Virus record (IMG/VR): IMGVR_UViG_3300034073_000569
Coordinates: 63,625-127,624 of that record
Strand: one strand, 5' to 3'
Origin: a virus
DNA: 64,000 bases
The notes beneath the pieces were generated by a model that saw only the letters and a program-made list of their open reading frames with translations, had not been told where the DNA came from and did no database searches. A program made the translations under genes and the position numbers. Position 1 is the first letter of the stretch. Every line of letters starts with the position of its first letter. This document shows positions 57,901 to 64,000 of this stretch, one piece after another.

Positions 57901-60900
57901 ATCTTACCATCCTTAGAGTGATAAAACTTAAGATCTGAAGACTGCATACGAATAGATGCTTTTTCTTCTTCTGTTAATCCTTTAAGTTCTGACTTAGTAA
58001 GTGTCTTGTAAATACCATCTTTAAGATAGACATAGTTTCTTGGAGCAGCTTCATATGTAGTGCTAGCAACTTGCGGTGAAGATTTACCACTCATTTTCTG
58101 AGAGATAATTCTGCTGTCCACAATTGAGTTAAGAATATTATCTATCTTATCACGGTTGATTAAAGTATCAAACTCATATTCTAATGATTGTGTATCATCT
58201 TCATTTACAATGTAGTTGATAGCGTTAATCATATTATCTGGTAAGTCTCTACTCTCAGCTTCTCTTCTTAAGATCTTAACAAGTCTAGAGATATCTTTAG
58301 CCTCATATTGGAAGTCACCTTTTTTCTCAAGACCAAGTTCTTTAAGAAGCTCTTCTTTACCAAGTCTCATCATCTCACGAATAGTCTCATTATACTCTTG
58401 AATAAGACCGCCAATAGTTGGATTAACAGGAGCACCATTCTCATAGAAGTTACTCATTACTTGTTTAGTAATCTGAGTTCCTTTTACAACAAACTTCTTA
58501 GGCTTGCTAGATTGCTCAACCTGAATTCCGTAGAATCTACTGTATAGACTCTGACGTGGTAATTCAGTTGGTAACTGATATCCTTTATCTGATGTTACAA
58601 CATTGATCTCTCCAGCCTCATTATAAATTGGCAAGAAGTTTCCATCTGCAGTAGTAACGTTACCCACTTTCTCTCCTGACTCAAAACCAATTACATCCAC
58701 TTTATCTTTCTGAGCAGCTATGTAAAGCTTCTCAAACTGATTACCTTCTACATGACGGTAGAACTTAGGTTGTAAAGCGTGCTTTAAGAATACTGGGTGA
58801 GTTACATTATCTGTTTGAGCATATCCAAAGTACTGTGGTTTTAACACCTCAAATACATATCCTGGATTTCCTTTATCATATACTTCTTTAGCAGCTTCTA
58901 TCTGAGCTTTATTAGCAGCTTTATAACGAGGATCTGACTTTTTAATAGTCTCACCTTTAGCATTAGGCATAGCTCCAGAACGAACTAAAGTCTCATAAGC
59001 AATCTCATAATCCCACTGAGCCTCACGTTGACTAGTAAACTTACCACTCATAAATAGAATATCTCTAATTACGTCTGGTAAACCCATAGCCATAGCATCA
59101 GCTTCATTTAAGTTCATGTATGCTTTAATCATACCTGTAAACTCTTTCTTCTTATTTAGAATGAATCCAGATATCTGACCCTGCTCATTAAATCTAGCAC
59201 CAATCTTTTTTTCTGCTGCTTCTTTAGTAATACCAGAAGCAATCATCTCAGCATATGTACTCTGTGCAATATCATTATAGAATGCACTAACTACATCCAT
59301 ATCTTTAAATGATATGTTCTTAATAGTCTGATGTGTCTCTTCTGAACGAAGTTTACCATCATTACGTACCATGTTATCATCCATCCACGCAACAACATCA
59401 CTGTCTTCTACAAAAGCTTCTTTAGTAGAAGTAGCACCATTAGCACGCTTAGGTAAGTCTTTATATAAAGCAGGGTGGCCGTAAATCAACTTATGCTGCT
59501 CTGTTAAAAGTAACTCTTCATTTAATGAAAGGATAGCAGCAATAGTTCTAAGATTATCTTCTGTGTATCCACTACGACTCTTTAACTCAGAATCATATCC
59601 TCCAGCTTTGTAGTTTAATGTTTGAGTATCTTTGATACCTAACATCTCATCTAAGCCATCATTGTCAATAGCATCTGTAATGTATAAGTCACTCTTAAAA
59701 GTATCAGGCTTAATAAATAAGTCTAAGTCTTTTAAGAATACAACTGTATCTTCAATCTTATTGTTGATATAAGTAGTAATCTTATCTTCAATCAACTCTC
59801 TGTTCTTTTCAATGAACTCTTCAATGAACTCTTCAAAGTCCATATCATTAGTAATAAGTTCTTGATTGAACTTAGCAATCATGTCTTTACCAATGATGTC
59901 TCTGAAGTGACCTAAGTTAAATACACCATCACGGTAGTATTGAATATTTACAGGACTATAATCTTGTATAGTAGCAGCATACATTTCATCATATAAATGA
60001 TTTATGTACATATCTACAATACTCTTGTCTTCTGTAGTCATCATTTTTTGAATATCCCTTCTGCTTACCATAAGCTTACCAGGAATTCCAATACCATATT
60101 CTGTACTCTTATCTGAGTTAATATTAGAGAATACAATATTGTTTAACAAGAAGTGAATCTTATTAGCTACACGCTCAGGGAACTGAAGCTTAGCTGTGTT
60201 ATTACCATCAACTTCTGTAATACCTAAACCAGAAATAACATGATAGCTGATTTCTGTATTATTCTTACGCTTTCCATTGATATCAAATAAACGTCCACCT
60301 TTTCTTAAAAGCTCAGAGTTAGTTTGGTAAGCATTAAATACTACATCACCATCTTTTTCAAATCCTAACCATGGTGCAGTTTGAATAAGCTCCTCTTGTG
60401 AGTTAACTGTATTCAAAATGTTAATCATGTTACTTAACAATGATGGTTGACCAACACTAAATTGTTGCTGACCCTCTGCATTGTTGTAACTTAAAATGTT
60501 ATCTTCACTACTATACTTAGACTCAATAGCAATAAGTGTGTTAATTCTACCACCTACTACGTTTCTACCAAATAGATCAGCAATATCATCTATCTCTCCT
60601 GACTTCATTACGTCTAGGATCTGAAGAGTTTGCTCACGAATACTATTCTCAAACTGTGCTAACTCATTTAAGTCAGCAGTAAACTCAATACCCAATACAC
60701 TAAGTGCGTTTAAAGCTGTAGCTAAGTCATATGTACTTCTTGCTTTAGCCTCATCCATTAGATCAATATAGTCATCAGACTTTCTATTGATCATCATACG
60801 ACCAGAGTTATCAATATTAACTAAGTTAGTCTGTTTGTTTTGAACAGCTACCTTTAAGTTATTAGCCCACTCATTGCGGATTCTATCCTCATTTACATTA

Positions 60901-63900
60901 ATAAGTGGATTAGTGTTGTAGATATATCCCTCATCAGAAACAATAAGCTTCTCTGGAGAGAATCTAGCATTGCTAAAACTCTTAGTAAATGAAACTCTTA
61001 ATAGAACATCTTCTTTGTTTAATGTAGAAGCTGGTATTTTAATTCCTAAATTGTTCTCATACTTAAGACGTAGCTTTAAGTTACGCACCCAACCATAGTT
61101 CTCACGATAGTTATTATCCGCAGTTTTGTACTTCTTATCTAACTTTTGCATCATTAGATCTAAAGTATTTTTACGAACACCGTCTTTATCTACAATACTT
61201 ACTACGTTACTAAGTTCATTAAGTAGGGTTGTATGTACTCTATCTGTATTAACTAAACGTGGTTGGTTAAGATCGTTCTTTACAAGGACAGTTTTACCTC
61301 TTGTTACAGTAGTCTGTGGTAAAGAAGCAAGTAATAACATAACGTTTGTAGACGTCATGCTTCTAGGATCAATTGTAATAGCGTCTCTGATACCTAAAGT
61401 ATCTGTAACGTTGTTTTCGTCTTCTTCTATCTCAGAGAAGATTACACCGTAACGATCTAAGTTCTTCTTGAATTCTCTGTAGAACTCATCTATGTTAGCG
61501 TTAAGTGTAGAGTTGATCTTTGGACTAATTAAAGACAAGTTATTAGATACTTGTTCTACAGACTTATTCCATAAATCATTCAATAAAGCATTAGACTGTT
61601 TTTTGTCTAAGCTTCCTAAGATGCTATCTATATTATTTCCTTGCTTGAATAACTCAGTAAAGAAGTAGTAGTTCAATCCTTCTAATAGATCAGCAGTATC
61701 CTTTTGAGTTAAGTCTGCTACAGCCTTATAAGCTATACCAGAAGCTAAACGATCTTTGATAAATCTAGCATTTCTAAATCCACCAGTTCCAATCTTCTTG
61801 AATAGATCGTTAATGATACTATTCATTTCAGCTTTCTCTTTAGGAGTGATGCTAAATAAAGCCTGGATAGCTTTCCATAAGTTCTTAAAGAAGTTAGCAA
61901 TCTTGTTACCAATAGATCTATCTAAAAGGATATAATCACGGAACTCTTCTGCTAACATCTCACGTACATCGTACATGCTAGCTTCTGAATAAGGCTTTGT
62001 CTCTTTAGTAAACTTATTATAGAATGATCCTTCACGAGCTTTAAACTCACTAGCTAAATCAAGCTTCTCATCTTGTGTCAAGAATGAAGCCCATACAGCT
62101 TCAAAGGCTTCGTGGAAACCAGTACCAATAGTAGCATTCTCATAAATGTGTAATGCTCCTCTCATGAACGCTCCTAAACCTTTACCATGAATTAAATGAC
62201 CTACCTTCTTTACAGGGAACATAGGTAACACTTCTTTCATAAACTTAGTAAGCTTACCAAAGTCTTCGGTAGCTTCCATCTCTCCAATATCTAAACGGAA
62301 AGGAGGTTCTTCAGAATCAATATCCAACTGTGCAATTAAAGCCTTGGTTAACAACGCTTTAGCTGCATTTATATTACCAGAAGGAATAGCAATAGTAGCT
62401 TCTGCTAACTTAACTACTTCCTTAGTCTTAACATTCATTTGAGAAACAGCAGCAGATAGTTTACCATTCTCAGGTACAGCATTTGCTACAGCTTCTTCTA
62501 CACTAAAGAAAGGACCTTCTTCTACAACTGTAACTTCTATTGGAGTTTCAGAAACAACACCAGATTCTGCATTCTTTTGAGCAAGTCTTAAGCCTTCTAA
62601 GAAAGCTTCATCAATCACTTCTTTAGTAGTATGAGTAAAGTCACTATACTTTAATAGTAATTGAGCTTTATCTGGGTTTTGCTTAAATGATTCTACAACT
62701 AACTCTTTCATTAGTTGTAAGTTATCAAACCCTTTCCTTACAGCCTTACCTCTGATCTTAGTACCATACCCACCAGCTTTAACATATTTATCATATGTAA
62801 CTTGATCAAATGTACCTGACTTGTTAGATTGGTAAGCATGCTCTACGCTTCCATATTCATTACCATTCCATGCAAATGTACGAGGAGCTAAGTTAGAAAG
62901 TTCTCTAGTATTAGTCTCACTTTCTGGACCACTCCAGTATACATTGATTACAGGCTTAACAAGTTGAGGAGTTACAGCAGTAGTTGGTGCTTTAGTAACT
63001 TTAGCTTCAGCAGCTTTTTGAGTAGCTTGAGCAGCAAGTTGTTTTAATCCACGGTTAGCACCATAGACATATCCAGTTGCTTGAGTGATGTTCTTAAGAA
63101 TCTCACTCTTATTATCAGCTATTTCCTTTTGTGATGCAAAAGGTTTAGACTTCTTAATGTTATTTCCTTTCTGAACTTTAATAATGATACCACCACGCTC
63201 CATTTCGTAGCTGACAGTAACACCATTAATTTCAATCTTATTACGTTCACCACTTAAGAACTCATCAATCTTATCATCTAGTAATTCAGAAGAACCTTTA
63301 AGCTTAGCTATAGGTTTCTTCTTAGATGCTTTTACTTCTTCTTCAGCTTCTGGCTCAACTAAAGATGGATCTTTCCAGATAATCTGAACCTGAGTACGCT
63401 GAGGAGTATTAGAATCATATAATGGTAATGAAGAATAAACTGGAGGTGTTGTACCATCTTCTCTCTTAGCTAATAAGTATTCTTCATACGTATCGTAAGA
63501 TTTGTCTAATACAGCCTTACCCTTTACAAACTTGATAGTTGTAAAGCTATCATTATCCTGTAAAGCTTTATTGTTAACGTGGTGAGTTACACCTCTAACT
63601 AACTTGTCTCTATTCTTAAGAATCTCTTCTTTAGTAAAAGGAATAATAAGATTACCTCTATGTAGACCACTTTGTACCCAGAAGTATTTATCTGAAACCT
63701 TTCCTTTTACAGGACGGCTCCAGTTTAAGATATGCTTTAAGTAATCTTCAATAATGCTCATCTCAGCTTGGTCAGCTGTAGATAAAGGTTTTCTTTTCTT
63801 TTTACCAGAAGCAGCATTATATCCATACTTCTGTACATATAGTTCAGATAATCTTACAAACGCTTTGATAAGGTTATCCTTCTCAATATCTGTTAAGTCA

Positions 63901-63998
63901 CGGTTGAATACACGAATTACTTTATCTCCATAGATCTTCTTACCATTCTCCATGGTGTATTCTTGCATAACCACACGACCTGCTTGAACACCCGCCAT
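54903..63998 (-). CDS. virion RNA polymerase (crAss-like, double-psi beta barrel), probably 5'-truncated
   Basis: GFRIPTQG and catalytic GSDFDIDKL (~57620-57645). At least 3031 aa. The codon upstream of the ATG (xTA) is not a stop, so the ORF likely continues off the window. Confidence 0.9.
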   Translation of the reverse strand: MAGVQAGRVVMQEYTMENGKKIYGDKVIRVFNRDLTDIEKDNLIKAFVRLSELYVQKYGYNAASGKKKRKPLSTADQAEMSIIEDYLKHILNWSRPVKGKVSDKYFWVQSGLHRGNLIIPFTKEEILKNRDKLVRGVTHHVNNKALQDNDSFTTIKFVKGKAVLDKSYDTYEEYLLAKREDGTTPPVYSSLPLYDSNTPQRTQVQIIWKDPSLVEPEAEEEVKASKKKPIAKLKGSSELLDDKIDEFLSGERNKIEINGVTVSYEMERGGIIIKVQKGNNIKKSKPFASQKEIADNKSEILKNITQATGYVYGANRGLKQLAAQATQKAAEAKVTKAPTTAVTPQLVKPVINVYWSGPESETNTRELSNLAPRTFAWNGNEYGSVEHAYQSNKSGTFDQVTYDKYVKAGGYGTKIRGKAVRKGFDNLQLMKELVVESFKQNPDKAQLLLKYSDFTHTTKEVIDEAFLEGLRLAQKNAESGVVSETPIEVTVVEEGPFFSVEEAVANAVPENGKLSAAVSQMNVKTKEVVKLAEATIAIPSGNINAAKALLTKALIAQLDIDSEEPPFRLDIGEMEATEDFGKLTKFMKEVLPMFPVKKVGHLIHGKGLGAFMRGALHIYENATIGTGFHEAFEAVWASFLTQDEKLDLASEFKAREGSFYNKFTKETKPYSEASMYDVREMLAEEFRDYILLDRSIGNKIANFFKNLWKAIQALFSITPKEKAEMNSIINDLFKKIGTGGFRNARFIKDRLASGIAYKAVADLTQKDTADLLEGLNYYFFTELFKQGNNIDSILGSLDKKQSNALLNDLWNKSVEQVSNNLSLISPKINSTLNANIDEFYREFKKNLDRYGVIFSEIEEDENNVTDTLGIRDAITIDPRSMTSTNVMLLLASLPQTTVTRGKTVLVKNDLNQPRLVNTDRVHTTLLNELSNVVSIVDKDGVRKNTLDLMMQKLDKKYKTADNNYRENYGWVRNLKLRLKYENNLGIKIPASTLNKEDVLLRVSFTKSFSNARFSPEKLIVSDEGYIYNTNPLINVNEDRIRNEWANNLKVAVQNKQTNLVNIDNSGRMMINRKSDDYIDLMDEAKARSTYDLATALNALSVLGIEFTADLNELAQFENSIREQTLQILDVMKSGEIDDIADLFGRNVVGGRINTLIAIESKYSSEDNILSYNNAEGQQQFSVGQPSLLSNMINILNTVNSQEELIQTAPWLGFEKDGDVVFNAYQTNSELLRKGGRLFDINGKRKNNTEISYHVISGLGITEVDGNNTAKLQFPERVANKIHFLLNNIVFSNINSDKSTEYGIGIPGKLMVSRRDIQKMMTTEDKSIVDMYINHLYDEMYAATIQDYSPVNIQYYRDGVFNLGHFRDIIGKDMIAKFNQELITNDMDFEEFIEEFIEKNRELIEDKITTYINNKIEDTVVFLKDLDLFIKPDTFKSDLYITDAIDNDGLDEMLGIKDTQTLNYKAGGYDSELKSRSGYTEDNLRTIAAILSLNEELLLTEQHKLIYGHPALYKDLPKRANGATSTKEAFVEDSDVVAWMDDNMVRNDGKLRSEETHQTIKNISFKDMDVVSAFYNDIAQSTYAEMIASGITKEAAEKKIGARFNEQGQISGFILNKKKEFTGMIKAYMNLNEADAMAMGLPDVIRDILFMSGKFTSQREAQWDYEIAYETLVRSGAMPNAKGETIKKSDPRYKAANKAQIEAAKEVYDKGNPGYVFEVLKPQYFGYAQTDNVTHPVFLKHALQPKFYRHVEGNQFEKLYIAAQKDKVDVIGFESGEKVGNVTTADGNFLPIYNEAGEINVVTSDKGYQLPTELPRQSLYSRFYGIQVEQSSKPKKFVVKGTQITKQVMSNFYENGAPVNPTIGGLIQEYNETIREMMRLGKEELLKELGLEKKGDFQYEAKDISRLVKILRREAESRDLPDNMINAINYIVNEDDTQSLEYEFDTLINRDKIDNILNSIVDSRIISQKMSGKSSPQVASTTYEAAPRNYVYLKDGIYKTLTKSELKGLTEEEKASIRMQSSDLKFYHSKDGKIQGVEMYITWPFTEVTPEELGLKLVNGIYLMPEGGIKGIDNELLKAIGFRIPTQGMNSIESIIIKGFTPTTNGDMIVVPSEIVGKAGSDFDIDKLNIYLGNYFVDILGKDYSGKDFRDFMINDMISSGADQTYADNVMNVITPEQFKQINESTYTDRGKIVKGAKTSLSDISASKETQEDLAFIKASLSRYNASVKGQKVIRYIKPTLGTKESLQNKLINIMSELILRPENYAQLVAPNTTDTLKDLAEEIKGWKVEAGTKQLEDEKSPTYLRTFIGSNSIRERYLTAKRMVGIAAVHSTFHVMAQVSGLKLNNRYSSKSIYYLNAKGEDTKTVNIKLTHHGRDENGLYSIGHRLDKAGAFISELISQALSGFVDGAKDPFVFDLNFSLNTASTWFYLQHHGVPVDELAYFFGQPILDSLFTETSKNRSSFKVINGENLTRKELFYKVIAPYYNKVVGGDLEAMLAGAAQSSKAQEDALQKLILAELNEIRDSVETFDSKELVKAIKDGSNADPRLQIAVIMDYVEYEAQARLMSNFMQAIGYDTNKTKTVQENMLQIGRWERSKQENFVNNPDSILESTFLGEMKEQKEDIFSMFRNFFITLSPEIQEVFQPLYDKIDNPEFFIMKDDAINLINRYQNFVIAYLLHTTPYMNAEGKQETLNSLYKDLFTGENSFASALYKYKNSEDPNISDNLIIKELVPLMTDDATKTDNIMLFRNKMDTFQINNVIEAYNNLRSYGEKTADDNLVKFADDLAKFSILQSGLQSSFIDYKKVLSTEIYSELVKTILDRFKLDPSISVDQVWKSFHQNNWYNRSIVTKAPAWLRIKSGQLAVSANSSIILNDYLVKYVRDPKISKEEFKKMKKDKSLAQAFQPILFQKTEQKDKKGKIIYIPIGKAGNRNRMLEIYKDDQESILPGNVMQIETQAALSASEGYVSAKDLMRQPGFIKAMGELAGEKTQNNGLKALAENALKSLNENKEVDDTISKKEDESVKCNKKGK

Positions 63999-64000
63999 TA

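Noticed and set aside
49808-61452. Plus-strand ORFs inside the two giant genes
   Set aside because: Antisense shadows with Ser/Leu/Ile-rich composition typical of non-coding frames.
1-64000. Stop-codon reassignment (TAG/TGA) as in some crAss-like phages
   Set aside because: Giant genes are uninterrupted in code 11, TAG ends several genes at sensible positions, and coding density is already high.

Overview
This 64-kb AT-rich window is part of a crAss-like (Crassvirales-type) dsDNA phage genome, very likely infecting a Bacteroidota host. The host call rests on TTTG-N19/21-TAnnTTTG promoters and A-rich, SD-less translation starts. Standard genetic code 11 fits throughout. Layout: (i) 1-1.7 kb, minus-strand genes (HU/IHF-like, wHTH, GNAT); (ii) a GC-rich strand-switch region and a plus-strand early/accessory block (1.9-19.7 kb) with a tRNA-like RNA, a ~760-nt structured non-coding region, AAA ATPase, HNH, SF2 helicase, UNG and a MoxR-vWA pair; (iii) a minus-strand block (19.7-29.0 kb) with a membrane/surface module (beta-barrel, CsgG-like, cohesin-dockerin-like) and a lysis cassette (GH19 endolysin, spanin-like, holin); (iv) a plus-strand replication and nucleotide-metabolism block (29.1-49.5 kb): DnaB, Sak4-like ATPase, SSB, primase, PD-(D/E)XK exonuclease, PolB, GIY-YIG endonuclease, dNMP kinase, SplB-like, class Ia RNR, MazG; (v) two giant minus-strand proteins, a polyvalent ART/nuclease protein and the 5'-truncated virion RNA polymerase carrying a NADAR-like insert. 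Best candidates for novelty: the large structured ncRNA downstream of a lone wHTH gene, the CsgG/cohesin-dockerin surface module, the ART plus NADAR pair, and the tRNA-like RNA with a non-canonical anticodon arm. All protein calls come from motif recognition by eye, with no database searches.
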